From: Ylistrum balloti
Taxonomy: Eukaryota
DNA: 64,000 bases
Assembly (NCBI RefSeq): GCF_031769215.1
Contig: NW_026781981.1
Coordinates: 806,001 to 870,000 of the forward strand
Direction of reading: 5' to 3'
Positions 1 to 13,700 of the stretch are shown one piece after another; positions within the stretch are counted from its first letter, which is position 1, and the number at the start of each line of letters is the position of its first letter. A program made the translations under genes and the position numbers. The notes under the pieces are model-generated. The model had not been told where the DNA came from. It did not search any database and was given only the letters and a program-made list of their open reading frames with translations.

Positions 1-609
1 AATATGTCCATGCAGATTCTTCAGAAGAGTGCAATAAACATAATTCCGTACACGACGTTTTGATGCATATTGTTTGTTGAATATTTACTTTATATTTGGA
101 AATAAAAACAAATTAAAATGCAAGTTTCATGATGTTGAACTTATCCATGGATATAAATATATGATATAAAGTCCTTTTCGTGGTATACTAAACATTGCAC
201 TTAACACAGTGGGGAACTCTCAAATATGCTGTTACTTATAATATATATACAATGTGCTTTAAATTTTACGTAAGTTATATTTGTTGATATTTATTGGTAG
301 CAATTAAACTTTGACATTGCACAAAAAATCAATCCATTCCGATATGTTTGACAAAACTGATATGTGGTTTTCAAAATACAATTATAGTTCATAATTTTGA
401 AATAACATTATTAGATCAACGTTTTTTTTGTACGTACATATTTTCTAACATGTTATTTCTTTCCACAAAATCGATCTTGTACGAACATAAATATATATAC
501 ATGATTTATACATTAGTTTCTGTAATATTCAAATTTTAAAACAGACGGTAAATTAACTATATATGTTAACGTAAAACAACATATTGCTTGACTTCTTTCA
601 GCCTGTGGG

Positions 610-814
610 ATGAATCGCAGTAAGACAATATGGTGCGTGCTCACCAGTATTGTGTTAATCCTTTCTCATCGCACTAACGGTCAACTGACAGGCGACTTTG
701 CTACTTTTCCGGGTACAGGCAATACTGTCCTCACCACGAATGAGCAGGGGGTTCAAGAACTAGTCAGATACACGCCCTACTTTGTCGAGGATGAGAGCAC
801 GGTTGGTTACACAG
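610..814 (+). CDS. Gene A, coding exon 1 (signal peptide + acidic/Thr-rich segment) of a predicted 149-aa secreted or membrane protein
   Basis: Acceptor ttctttcag ends at 601 and ATG is at 610. The sequence MNRSKTIWCVLTSIVLILSHRTNG resembles a signal peptide. Phase-1 donor ACAG|gtattg at 814/815 joins in frame to 2238. Confidence 0.7.
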
Positions 815-1028
815 GTATTGAAATGGGATGTTGTTTACAAAATACATTAACGTAATGGCACTTTAACAATACAATGCTATGAATAAACGGCTTGTAAACA
901 CCATGGTATGTCTTAAAGGCTCACAAAGAACTGAATACTATAGCGTTAAGACTTACGTTAACTGTTCAATACAACAATTTAAGGACGCTGTTTACACTCT
1001 TTGGGGCAAGATGCATATAACTTACTAG

Positions 1029-1192
1029 ACTAATGTAACATTTATATCACCAATAGTTATCTATTTATTCAATAAGGTATAAAGAAAACCGATGATGCGT
1101 TTTCTTAACAAGATCAAGAAGTAGATGGAAACCTGATGTGAAAAAGGAACTAATGTAACATTTATATCACCAATAGTTATCTACTTATTCAA
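1029..1192. repeat. Two 44-bp direct repeats 120 bp apart (actaatgtaacatttatatcaccaatagttatcta(t/c)ttattcaa)
   Basis: Near-identical copies at 1029-1072 and 1149-1192, inside gene A intron. Confidence 0.85.
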
Positions 1193-1924
1193 ATCCCAGT
1201 ATCACGATTTGTATGATGGTATATTGAATGCTGATGGAAATCTTGCCCTGCAGATTTTTTTGAAAGACGCAGGTTAAAGGAGATTTTATCTTCCCAGGAA
1301 TGAGACCAGATCTCCTCAGTTGCAGTTGTCACCATACCAAACAAATAATAAATAAAATAGATAAATACATGTAATATCAATCTAATACCTTCACGTTTGG
1401 AATTAACTGTAAACGTTCTATTTATAGAAATGATGACATAGTTTATGATTAAGACTCCGTCAGATCTCCGTGAACAGACAATGAAGTGAAATATGAATTT
1501 GTGTTAGATCTGGAGTATCACAATCATTAGGTAGAGCTATGCTGAGTTAAATAAAGTCATAATGTGATAACATCAATGAACCTATACACGTTTCATACAG
1601 ATTGTCTGCATATCTGGAAAACATTTGTCTGTAATCGACATCTATCACGGAAATCATTGACATTATCTAATTAATTGAAATCAAATTTTCCTCTCAAAAC
1701 TGATGTTTCTGATTGATTCCATTAGCTTGTTATGTTTTAACCAAATTCTATTCTATGATTTATTTTTCTGGCTTTTTTTTTTTTTTTTTACAAATTATGA
1801 TAGTTTGCATTTGTCAATTTTTGACACTACAATGCCAATTTTGGTATCACGATTTGTAATTTTTATTGATATTGTCCTATTTCAAATTACGAGAAGTATA
1901 TTTAATACCGTTCCATTTCACAGT

Positions 1925-2200
1925 TCTACTAGTGTTTTACATTATTCTATCTTTACATTGTTCTATTTTACATTATTCTATTTTTACATTGTTTTATTTT
2001 ACATTGTTCTATTTTAAATTGTTCTATTTTTACATTGTTTTATTTTACATTGTTCTATTTTAAAGTGTTCTATTGTTCTATTTTACATTGTTCAATTTTG
2101 AGGTGTTGTATTTTACATTGTTTTGTTCTATTCTACATTGTTCAACATTGTCCTATTTTGTAGTGTTCCATTTAACACTGTTCTTCATGTATTTTTACTT
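1925..2200. repeat. Degenerate ~15-bp minisatellite (ttttacattgttcta-like), intronic
   Basis: Repeated ttttacattgttct/tta units are directly visible. Confidence 0.85.
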
Positions 2201-2237
2201 TGTTGTTAACATGTTTTAAACTGTCCTTTTGCTACAG

Positions 2238-2355
2238 TAACTACACTGTTGCTACTTGGTGTATTGGTCACTGTAATTAACCTGACGTCAGCAAATCAAT
2301 CTGATATGACGGTTGCCATGCTCAGTGCTGGAATGGGCAGCTATCTCGGATATGG
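2238..2355 (+). CDS. Gene A, coding exon 2 (hydrophobic segment VTTLLLLGVLVTVI, then NLTSANQS and MTVAMLSAGMGSYLGY)
   Basis: Acceptor ctgtccttttgctacag|TA at 2237/2238 is in phase with the upstream exon. Donor TATGG|gtacgt at 2355/2356 is phase 2. Confidence 0.65.
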
Positions 2356-2871
2356 GTACGTATCATCGATCCTTTTCCTTTCTTCTCTTATTTTGATTTT
2401 TAACATCCTCGATACAACCAGTGTAGCATAAGTGCGGTTGTGAAGAGGGATGATAAAAGTGGAAAATATAGCAGTGATTGAAAGAGCAGCAGAAAGTCAA
2501 AGAAGGAAGAGATCAAAGTTCAATGTGTTGCTATTGGAAATAGGATATTTGACCAATTCACAGTCCCCTTAGTAGAAACATGAAAGAAAACTAATTTTGC
2601 AGGAGCCCAATTTTTATCTCCTTTGCTGTCACCCAAGTCCAGCACTAGGACTTTGGTGTGCGCAGTGTGTGTTCCAATTACACGAAGTTTGTGTATGTTT
2701 TTTTTTTTTTTTTTTTGAGGGGGGAGGGGCACAAATGTCCACTTCTTGCGAGATAAAACATCGTCATTTAATGTTATATAGAGGTATCTACGGTAACGGT
2801 AAGTGTAGTGATATCCTTCTGTGACCCTTTTCCCGACTATCTGTAATAATGCCATCGATATGTCGTTTTCA

Positions 2872-3100
2872 CGGGAAAGGCTTCTACATTCATCCAAACA
2901 TTTCAGAAATAGGTTTCCGCTTGTTGAAGTCACTGGGAAGGCTTCTTCATTCATCCTAACATTTCATGTATACGTTTCCTATTGTTGGAGTCACTGGGAA
3001 GGCTTCTACATTCATCCAAACATTTCAGGAATAAGTTTTCCGCTTGTTGAAGTCACTAGGAAGGCTTCTACTTTCATCCAAACATTTCAGGATTAAGTTT
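2872..3100. repeat. ~61-bp tandem repeat, about 4 copies (gggaaggcttctacattcatccaaacatttcag...gttgaagtcact)
   Basis: The gcttct anchor recurs at 2880, 2941, 3002 and 3064. Confidence 0.85.
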
Positions 3101-3913
3101 ACTTTTGCTGGAATCAATTGACTGCCAATAGTTGTGTCGAAGCATTTGTTGGTGATATATGCTATCTCAGAAAGTGCATTATGTTGTTGTTGGAACAACA
3201 TCATGGAAAGATATCGGGTCCTGGATCTGGAGATTTACATTCCTTCATCAGGATCTATCCAGACCTTCGCCGGCTACCAATAACTCCGAATATGGTACAT
3301 AGAGCGTGTTGGAGTTGAAAGAGAAACCTCGTCATATGAGAGTTTGAATCAGAACTGTCGATATTCTTAATGCCAGATCTTCAAAGTGTTTGACTTGAAC
3401 TGGTGCCATCAAGGATCCTAGACATTTTTTTCTACAGACCTCTACACAGGTTTCTTTTTCAGTAGTCCGCATTGTGTTTCTCTGATTGTGAATCTCAGGA
3501 CCGTAGTGCATCCTAAGGGTGTTGATCTGTCTCGACACAGTAAAGTGTTTTCATATGCACATTCGGAGTCTACAACAAAATCGATGGTATACTTCGAACC
3601 CTGAACTAGTAGTCATGTATGATCAGACTAAAAAGGGTATAGTCGAATCGATGGTCATGGCTCAATAAGTAAAATCTTACCACCTATCCACTTGCACATA
3701 GGAATTTAATATTATGCCATCTGTATAAATATATGTACCGCGCATTCACGCTTGAAAGGTTATTTGCTCATTGTAGGCTACAGCATCTAGTCATCGAATC
3801 GTATGCACAAATTATCAAACTGTTTACGACATATAAATTTCTATTCAATCTACAGTAAGAAGCTTGCAAAATAAACTTTGACCATACCTGTTATTACATT
3901 TATTATTCAATAG

Positions 3914-4040
3914 TTTTGGAAGGGGAAGAAGGCGAAGAAGAAGGCGAGGAAGAAATAGACCAGGAAGACCAGGTAGACCAGGAAGACCAGGGGCGCCGGG
4001 AGGTCCACAACGCCCCGCCGGTCCCTTCGGCCCGAATTAA
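3914..4040 (+). CDS. Gene A, last coding exon: [15 protein letters not shown](RPG)4[15 protein letters not shown]
   Basis: Acceptor tattattcaatag|T at 3913/3914 matches the phase-2 donor at 2355. It is a GC-rich island in AT-rich DNA, open to TAA at 4038-4040. The three exons sum to 450 nt (149 aa + stop). Confidence 0.65.
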
Positions 4041-5312
4041 ACCCTGGGAAATTAATTCGATTATTCCATCACATTGTTACACCATGAAAACAAATATCGC
4101 TCTGATTAAATCCTTCATCAAATGAAATAGATTGTTACCTTGATGTTTATATATTTCTGAAACAAAAGTTAATTATATACATACTGCAAAAACCTATTGT
4201 ACGATGAAATGTCTGGGTTATGATTAATCTGGTTCAGAAAAGTCAAATGTGTATTATGTTGAGATGAAAAGTAACGAAATGTTCGTATCATGAATTAGAT
4301 GTATTTAAATGTGATTATTTATAATGTACTTGATATTTCTACCGAAAATATTGCCTGTTGTAACAGATTTCTTGAACGATGTTAACTTTGTTGATCACTG
4401 ACTCGTATTTTAAAGCTATGATGAATCGGCATAGCGATAATAAATAGTTTGATATTGTAACGTTTTTCCAGTTTTCCTTTCCGTATTGCATATTCGAATT
4501 ATTATGCTAGTAATTTCAACAAGATACACTGTAAAAAACGTCTCATGGTCAGACCAAATGTGTTATTCTTCGTAACGTAAGGGCTGCAAAGTCTAATGTC
4601 ATTGTTTGATGTCCAATACTTTATACAATATCTCGCTAGGATGATCGAAGCACGTGATGTCGATGCATTGAATGGAATTCTATATAAAGCAGGTCGTTGT
4701 TGTAAGCTTTTGGATATAACATATATGTTTTGCTATCAAACGAGTCAGACATGTTTTTTATTCAGTGATACAAAGTGAAATTGAAATTCATGAAGTGAAT
4801 GATATTTCTTAAATCGTTGGAATCTAATAATTTAGTAACATACATCTAAAATTACAACCAAAATAGATTTTAATGTTTAGTGTTGACGAATTTCTTCATA
4901 AAAAATCTTATAAGGGAAATATTTCTAATTAATATGTAACCCCTTGATTAGTCTCGCTCCTAGTTATGACTCTTAATCACGAACTGCTGAATGACCTACC
5001 CTGGTAATAATACTTGACAGACAACTCCCAGTATTTACTCTACCTTTATCAAACATCTTCGTTTCCTCCTGTTGATCACACCAACAAGACAACTCCCAGT
5101 AAATGCTCTACCTCTATCAAACATTCTATTCTCCGCCTTATGGCAATACTGAAAAGACAATCTACATATTTCCGGTTTATATATTTTTAGAAGACATCAA
5201 CGAATTATTACTTGAGACTTCTACTCTCTTTAGTTTGGTGAGCATAGTAAAGAGACTTTTCCTGATACTTACAGGTACTTTACATTTGTAGATATTTCCG
5301 AGTTACAACACT

Positions 5313-6082
5313 TAGCTGACAACTTTTAAACTCCCTGTTATTCAAAGTCTCTAGCCGTCCTACTGTTTGAATTTTTCACTCAAAAAATCACCTCGGGCAT
5401 TTATGTTATGATATAACCTTTCTAGAGACGCTCAACAATCTAAATCTAAATCACACGACTGTGAATCTCAACTGACCTACATTGATTCAATACATCTTTT
5501 AATCTCCATGTAATCACTTAAAAATCTCTATCATATACAAATTCGCATAACCAACATCATTTTGAAAAAAAGACTATCTGTTCATATATGAATATAACGC
5601 TTTTTCACACTTACAGTCTTTCAGTCAAGAAATAACTGACCTTTTACGGAATCTTTCAGATGTTAAATTTAATTTAGTTTATTTAGTTGATATCTGACCC
5701 CTTAAGGAGTCAGTAAGAAGTTTATTTAGCTGACAACTTTTAAACTCCCTGTAATTCAAAGTCTCTTGCCGTCCTACTGTCTTGAATTTTTCACTCAAAA
5801 AATCACCTCGGGCATTTATGTTATGATATAAACTTTCTACAATCTAAATCTAAATCACACGAAGTTAATTTAATATCTGACCCCTACATTGATTCAATAC
5901 AAGTTTATTTTGAATCTCCATGTAAACACAGTAAGAAGTTTAAATCTCTATCATATAGTTAAATTCGCATAACCAACATCATTTTGAAAAAAGAAAAAGA
6001 AGACTATCTGTTCACATATAAATATAACGCTATTTAACACTGATAGACAGTCTTTCAGTCAAGAAATAACTGACCTTTTATG
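5313..6082. repeat. Imperfect tandem duplication of a ~340-bp block (period ~415 bp) with a recurring gtcagtaagaagttt motif
   Basis: The block tagctgacaacttttaaactccctg...aaataactgacctttta occurs at ~5313-5650 and again at ~5727-6082 with small indels. Confidence 0.8.
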
Positions 6083-6679
6083 GAGTCAGTAAGAAGTTTA
6101 TTTAGTTGATGTTTGACCCTATACAGAGTCAGTAAGATGCTAAATTGGTTGATATCTGGTTCTTTATTTAGCCGTTTAGATGTTACTTTAGGAGATATTA
6201 TGGATTTGTTAAGATGTTTAGTTAGTTGATATTTCTGAATTTTTGTTTAACTGTAGTTTTGAGGATATTGAATTCATGAATGTATATGTTTAGTTTGATT
6301 GACCAACTTACAATATGATGAGAAAACAATACAGAAATGTATATATTACAAACTTTGCTTTGTTATCAAACTTCATGGTATGGAATTGTAAATGCAGATA
6401 AGAATGCTTATGTCAGAGACAGTAAAATCACAGTGAATTCAGTAAATGGCGTGCTCTTTATTTTCCCTTTTTAATGAAATGATTTTCTTGTTTCGTTACC
6501 TGCCGCATCTTGATATGCCCACGTAACAAATTAATTGATAATTATTGGTTCAGTCGGCAAAAATCTTAATTGTTTTTGAATTATAAAAAACCAAAACGGT
6601 CTTATAACAGCAAGGTTTTACCATCAGTTTGATGGGACATAGGTGTTACATCACACAATGAAGACTGGCTGATGAAGAT

Positions 6680-6762
6680 CTGCTTTATTGATAAGATATA
6701 TACAAAGAGAACACCAGGGGTCTTTGGTAACAGCCAGAATATCTCGCGCACAGAGTTAGTAT
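6680..6762 (-). other. GY1 non-coding terminal (3'UTR) exon with conserved motif and AATAAA
   Basis: On the minus strand: acceptor ttttctcctattccag|ATAC at 6763/6762, then TGTGCGCGAG...TGGCTGTTACCAAAGACCCCTG (6752-6715), then AATAAA at 6689-6684. It matches the terminal exons of GY2-4. Confidence 0.75.
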
Positions 6763-7514
6763 CTGGAATAGGAGAAAACATACAACGTATTTTAGTTTTT
6801 TGATGTAGACAAAATTTACAATTGTAATTTGATAAATAAAATCTGATTATTTTACAAATAAAATTAATGATTATTGTCCTATTTACTCAGGTAAGATAAA
6901 TAACATATTAAAAGAATAAACGAGAAAAAGTTGATCCAACAGGTTTGATTTAATGTCCGCTGCATATGGCTTAACATTTTCCGAGAAATTGTCACACTCA
7001 TCAACTTCATTAATGCACATGTCTAATAAATTTCATCACATAATCGTTATCTAGTGAGTTGGTTCATGTCATAATTTTGTATTAAATATGACACTAGTGT
7101 GATATACCCTTGGGCGCCTTTTAGTGTCTGGACCAGCGAGAAATCGATTGTGATGTCAAATATGGCAATGACATTAATTCAGTTTTCGTCTATTGAAAAC
7201 TGTACAACAAAATGGCTGCCTTACGTTAGATTTTGCCCTCCAAATATTAACTTCAAATAAGCAAAACTGTTATGTGATAAGATTTATTGTCAGTTTTATG
7301 ACCCGTCTCGAAGTTTATTTCCATTCAAGCTTTTGTTATCAATTTATCAAAATTAATCCATTTTCATGAAACTCAAAATGTATCGAAGTTAAGGTGAGAT
7401 GGCCAACCATCAGGCATTCAAAATAAATCTTACAATAACGATTAAAATGTAAAAAAAATAATATATGACCGTTGATAACTCACTTTAGAATTCATCTTGA
7501 TCCGATGTCAATAT

Positions 7515-7561
7515 TTAACCAGTGTTGTTGACCAGCAAGGGAAGAAGCACCAGTGCTGCCA
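7515..7561 (-). CDS. GY1 coding exon 3: (L)AALVLLPLLVNNTG*
   Basis: Acceptor tatatttcag|TG at 7562/7561 is phase-compatible with the exon-2 donor. TAA at 7517-7515. A 3'UTR donor AAA|gtgagt follows 31 nt after the stop (7484/7483). Confidence 0.8.
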
Positions 7562-8214
7562 CTGAAATATACGTCTCAGATGCATTAAGTCTCAAACACG
7601 AGATAATGAACAGTTCGTAGTTAGATTATACAGCAATACTTGGGCAGGTGACAGGTACGGAAAATGCTAGGAACAAGTAGGTTGTTATAAAATAGGTATT
7701 GATAGATAGTACAAGATATTTAGAAAGGTAATTAAAGACATTATTACGGAGATTAAGTAGTACTTTGATGAGCGCCTGTCAATACAAATTTAGAATTATT
7801 CATAAGTGAAACAGAAATCAACTCTTTCGTATAGATGGCGCTACAGTAGCCAATGTGTTATAACCTTTGGCCTACGTAACCTTAGGCGATGACCCGAAAT
7901 GTATGGTTCGACGCTCCCTACGCTGTTTTTGTCTATCAGAATGATGGGCAACGGACCTGTCTGTGCTGACATGATTGTATTATTTGTGCACGATTCTTGC
8001 CCTTATCGCTAAGGACAGCATGCGTTCAGTGAGGTAGCCACCAATTACTACAATAAGACCCTGGCTGTTCATTTGGCGATAAATACAGCAAAGAAATAAA
8101 CACACATCAAACTGTTTGATGTCTAGGGACTTGTCACACAGCCTAAGAGTCTAAACTGTTGAAACCTAAAAGGTAACTGATCACATTTTTGTTAATACTT
8201 TTTGCAATACTTAC

Positions 8215-8584
8215 ATAGAAGGTACAGATAGTCATCATTTCCAGCATCAGCAGCCGCAGCAATAGCAGCACCAGGGGGTATTCTAGGTACTGGATAGGGT
8301 AAATACACTACCCTGTTTGGTATACCATGTCCTTTTCCTCCGTAACCCTTTCCATATCCATGACCATATCCTCCGTATCCTTTTCCATATCCGCCATATC
8401 CTCCATATCCGCCTTGTCCTCCATATCCACCGAATCCGCCATAACCATACATGTCATATCCTCCTCCATTTCCCCCTATAATGAAGCCATCGTGACCATA
8501 TCCGCCCCCATACTCGCCACCAAGACAGCAACCCACAGATATGAGAATTGTCAGGATCAGCAGAGCTAGGGTGGCAAATTTCAT
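8215..8584 (-). CDS. GY1 main coding exon: secreted Gly/Tyr-rich protein (138 aa spliced), shell-matrix-like composition
   Basis: MKFATLALLILTILISVGCCLG signal peptide, then GGYGGYG/GKGYG repeats, YLPYPVP and AAAA-DAGNDD. Acceptor gtcaacag|AG at 8592/8591; phase-1 donor CTAT|gtaagt at 8215/8214. Confidence 0.9.
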
Positions 8585-8812
8585 GATTCCTCTGTTGACA
8601 AATTAAAAGAACAAAAGAAAGTTTACATGATATAAAACCAATATAATTGCCTACAAGTAAAATATAATGACGAACATATTTACAATATTGAATTATTTAC
8701 ATTACATTCATTTAGAAAAGAAACCAATTCTAACAAATTATATAGTATAGCATCGTCTTTCATATTAAAGTGTATTAAGAAATGGAAATTCTGTATACTT
8801 ATTTTCACTTAC

Positions 8813-8867
8813 CTCTTTACACCGAAGGGTCCTGAATGTGGGGTATAGATGGTGGTGAGTATATATA
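8813..8867 (-). promoter_or_regulatory. GY1 TATA box and short non-coding exon 1
   Basis: TATATATA at 8867-8860 (minus strand) and donor AAAGAG|gtaagt at 8813/8812, the same layout as GY2-4. Confidence 0.65.
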
Positions 8868-10744
8868 CTACAAGAAATCAAGTGAACTCAAGTTGTCCTT
8901 CCCAAGTTTCCTCGATTAGAAAAAATTATGTAACCTGGTTGGTCAGTGAGTGTTTGTTTACCAGAAATACTCCCGTCTGAACTTTTAGCCTATGTGTTGA
9001 CGCAGACTTTATTTTAATACAATTGTGAGTCGTTAAAGCATAGAAATACGTATTCTGATTATAATATAGATATAATTTAGTATTGCAATTTAAGAAATTG
9101 ATTGAATTATGAAGTTATTGTTTCCCATCTGTGAGATTGATTCCAACCAATTTTGATTTTCCTCATGGATCCTCCAAGTTTCAACAACTGAGTCCCTCAG
9201 TATCATGGTCGAAATTATAATTTCCTGTCTTTATGTGAATTTTAAAAATGTCATTTATAATACCTGCGGAATTTAATGTTCAAAATGTTTCCGTGTGGAT
9301 GACCCGACACTCTACTACGTTAAAACGAAATAAGAACTAGAAGGAATACGTTTTGTTTATATCGTTTTGATAACTTACGGTATTTTTCGTTTGGATACTT
9401 ATTATTTAACTATCGTACTACCGAATTTTACAAAGTTTTAGAAAGTTGTATATTAAGAAAGAATCTCTATTTATGGCAAAATTGGTACACATCTACTGAT
9501 GCTTTAAAAATATGCTGAATGCTGGTACAGTATTGTTGGTATAAAACACATGCATTTGCACTCTTAAGCTTATAGAATAATAATCAATTGAAATATTTGT
9601 CGTAACAATAATTTGAATACAAGAGTCACGTCCATTGAAAATGAAATGAAAGTCAAACTGAACTATGCCCGTGTCCATGTATATAAAGAAAACAAACATA
9701 AAAATTGAGCGTTCTTTTCCTGCTTTTCCATGGGAAAAAAATGACGATGCTTAATTCTTAAAATTTAATTTATTGTTCAAGTTTAAATGCGTTGATACAT
9801 AATTCCTATTTTAAATATATAAATACAGCTATGAACTATCAATGTTTTTCTTTTAAGAGTACACATTGTGAAACATGTTTCAGTTAAACATGACGATAAC
9901 GATACGTACTATTAGCATAGTAATGTATACATGATATCATCTATTGTTGGCAGAGCATTTACACATCATTACTACACCATTACAAACACATTTTGACCGT
10001 TATTGAAGTACAAGTATGATGGATACATAAAGTAATTACCGACAATGATTTATCAAATATTATGATTTAACTAATAGATTCATCGGTATCATATCTTATA
10101 ATTTCCTATTACTAGCGCACTATTTACAACCTGTTTAGTACACGGTAGTGTGAACAACTGTATGTCATTAAATCTAGTGAAAAAGGGCAGAATACGGTGA
10201 ATGTACTAACAGCGCATAAGGAATGATATGTTACCATCACTGATAATTTCCACATTAACAGGAAAAGACACACAACTGAATATAACATTTTAATGCTAGT
10301 TTATAATTATATATAATAGAGTCAAACAATTAATTAAACCGAAATAAGTGACCAATAATGACATCAAAATGTTTATTCATGTTTTTAAGGTTTAGGTTTG
10401 TGCAGAACATATAACTGATATCGGCTAACCAATCTGAATGCGACATTATGATAAATGTCCAAAATATATCCTCCAGTTAACGAAATATACATGCATGATT
10501 TTCAGTCGATATGTACCGAGAGAGGTTTCCACCTCCAGGGAATGTCAATAACTAGTAGTCATGGCTGTCAATCATATCCTGTATGGGGAGATGATGTAAG
10601 ATAGTCTGTTAACGCGCAGTGTTTTACAATATCTGAATGCATGCACTGCACCAAAAATAAACATTATACTTAAGTAATTATTTTATGTAGTCGCAACTAA
10701 AGTTATAATATATAAAAAAAATGCTTCCAATTTTTTTCATGATG

Positions 10745-13700
10745 ATTCTGATGACGTTTTAGGGAAACCAGATAACAGACGCAGAAAACAACTAATTATT
10801 ATGATGACGTTTTCTTGGAGACCAGATAACAGACCCAGAAAACAACTAATTATTATGTTGACATTTCTTGGAGACCAGATAACAGACGCAGAAAACAACT
10901 AATTATTATGATAACGTTTTCTTGGAGACCAGATAACAGACCCAGAAAACAACTAATTATTATGTTGACATTTCTTGGAGACCAGATAACAGACAAAAAC
11001 AACTAATTATTATGTTGACATTTTTTGGAGACCAGATAACAGACAAAAACAACTAATTATTATGTTGACGTTTTTTGGAGACCAGATAACAGACAAAAAC
11101 AACTAATTATTATGATGACGTTTTCTTGGAGACCAGATAACAGACAAAAACAACTAATTATTATGATGACGTTTTCTTGGAGACCAGATAACAGACAAAA
11201 ACAACTAATTATTATGTTGACATTTTTTGGAGACCAGATAACAGACCCAGAAAACAACTAATTATTATGTTGACATTTCTTGGAGACCAGATAACAGACA
11301 AAAACAACTAATTATTATGATAACGTTTTCTTGGAGACCAGATAACAGACCCAGAAAACAACTAATTATTATGTTGACATTTTTTGGAGACCAGATAACA
11401 GACAAAAACAACTAATTATTATGTTGACATTTTTTGGAGACCAGATAACAGACAAAAACAACTAATTATTATGTTGACATTTTTTGGAGACCAGATAACA
11501 GACAAAAACAACTAATTATTATGTTGACAGACAGATAACAGACAAAAACAACTAATTATTATGTTGACATTTTCTTGGAGACCAGATAACAGACAAAAAC
11601 AACTAATTATTATGTTGACATTTTCTTGGAGACCAGATAACAGACAAAAAACAACTAATTATTATGTTGACACAGATAACAGACAAAAACAACTAATTAT
11701 TATGATGACATTTTTTGGAGACGAGATAACAGACAAAAACAACTAATTATTATGTTGACATTTTTTGGAGACCAGATAACAGACAAAAACAACTAATTAT
11801 TATGATGACGTTTTCTTGGAGACAGATAACAGACAAAAACAACAGACAAAAACAACTAATTATTATGTTGACATTTTTTGGAGACCAGATAACAGACAAA
11901 AACAACTAATTATTATGTTGACGTTTTCTTGGAGACCAGATAACAGACAAAAACAACTAATTATTATGATGACATTTTTTGGAGACCAGATAACAGACAA
12001 AAACAACTAATTATTATGTTGACATTTTTTGGAGACCAGATAACAGACAAAAAACAACTAATTATTATGTTGACATTTTTTGGAGACCAGATAACAGACA
12101 AAAACAACTAATTATTATGTTGACATTTTTTGGAGACCAGATAACAGACAAAAACAACTAATTATTATGTTGACATTTTTTGGAGACCAGATAACAGACA
12201 AAAACAACTAATTATTATGTTGAGATAACAGACAAAAACAACTAATTATTATGTTGACATTTTTTGGAGACCAGATAACAGACCCAGAAAACAACTAATT
12301 ATTATGTTGACATTTTTTGGAGACCAGATAACAGACAAAAAACAACTAATTATTATGTTGACATTTTTTGGAGACCAGACAACAGACAAAAACAACTAAT
12401 TATTATGATGACGTTTTCTTGGAGACCAGATAACAGACAAAAACAACTAATTATTATGTTGACATTTTCTTGGAGACCAGATAACAGACAAAAACAACTA
12501 ATTATTATGTTGACATTTTTTGGAGACCAGATAACAGACAAAAACAACTAATTATTATGTTGACGTTTTTTGGAGACCAGATAACAGACAAAAACAACTA
12601 ATTATTATGATGACGTTTTCTTGGAGACCAGATAACAGACAAAAACAACTAATTATTATGTTGACATTTTTTGGAGACCAGATAACAGACAAAAACAACT
12701 AATTATTATGATGACGTTTTCTTGGAGACCAGATAACAGACAAAAACAACTAATTATTATGTTGACATTTTTTGGAGACCAGATAACAGACAAAAACAAC
12801 TAATTATTATGATGTCGTTTTCTTGGAGACCAGATAACAGACAAAAACAACAAAAACAACTAATTATTATAACAGATAACAGACAAAAACAACTAATTAT
12901 TATGTTGACATTTTTTGATAACAGACAAAAACAACTAATTATTATGTTGACATTTTTTGGAGACCAGATAACAGACAAAAACAACTAATTATTATGATGA
13001 CGACAAAAACAACTAATTATTTTTTTGGAGACCAGATAACAGACAAAAACAACTAATTATTATGATGACATTTTTTAGATAACAGACAAAAACAACTAAT
13101 TATTATGATGACATTTTCTTGGAGACCAGATAACAGACAAAAAACAACTAATTATTATGTTGACGTTTTTTGGAGACCAGATAACAGACAAAAACAACTA
13201 ATTATTATGATGACATTTTTTCAGATAACAGACAAAAACAACTTATTATTGGAGACCAGATAACAGACAAAAACAACTAATTATTATGTTGACATTTTTT
13301 GGAGACCAGATAACAGACGCAGAAAACAACTAATTATTATGATGACGTTTTCTTGGAGACCAGATAACAGACAAAAACCAGATAACAGACAAAAACAACT
13401 AATTATTATGTTGACGTTTTATTGGAGACCAGATAACAGACAAAAACAACTAATTATTATGTTGACGTTTTCTTGGAGACCAGATAACAGACAAAAACAA
13501 CTAATTATTATGACAACTAATTATTATGTTGACGTTTTCAGACCAGATAAAGACAAAAACAACTAATTATTATGATGACATTTCTTGGAGACCAGATAAC
13601 AGACAAAAAACAACTAATTATTATGATGACGTTTTCTTGGAGACCAGATAACAGACAAAAACAACTAATTATTATGATGACGTTTTTTGGAGACCAGATA

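Noticed and set aside
3916-4125. Acidic [22 protein letters not shown]...
   Set aside because: It starts at TTG. Splice phase from 2355 selects the Arg/Pro/Gly frame instead.
8192-8214. GY1 unspliced C-terminus CKYCKKY resembling shematrin RKKKY tails
   Set aside because: It lies after a canonical gtaagt donor shared in phase by all paralogs, so it is most likely intronic. It would matter only if intron retention were shown.
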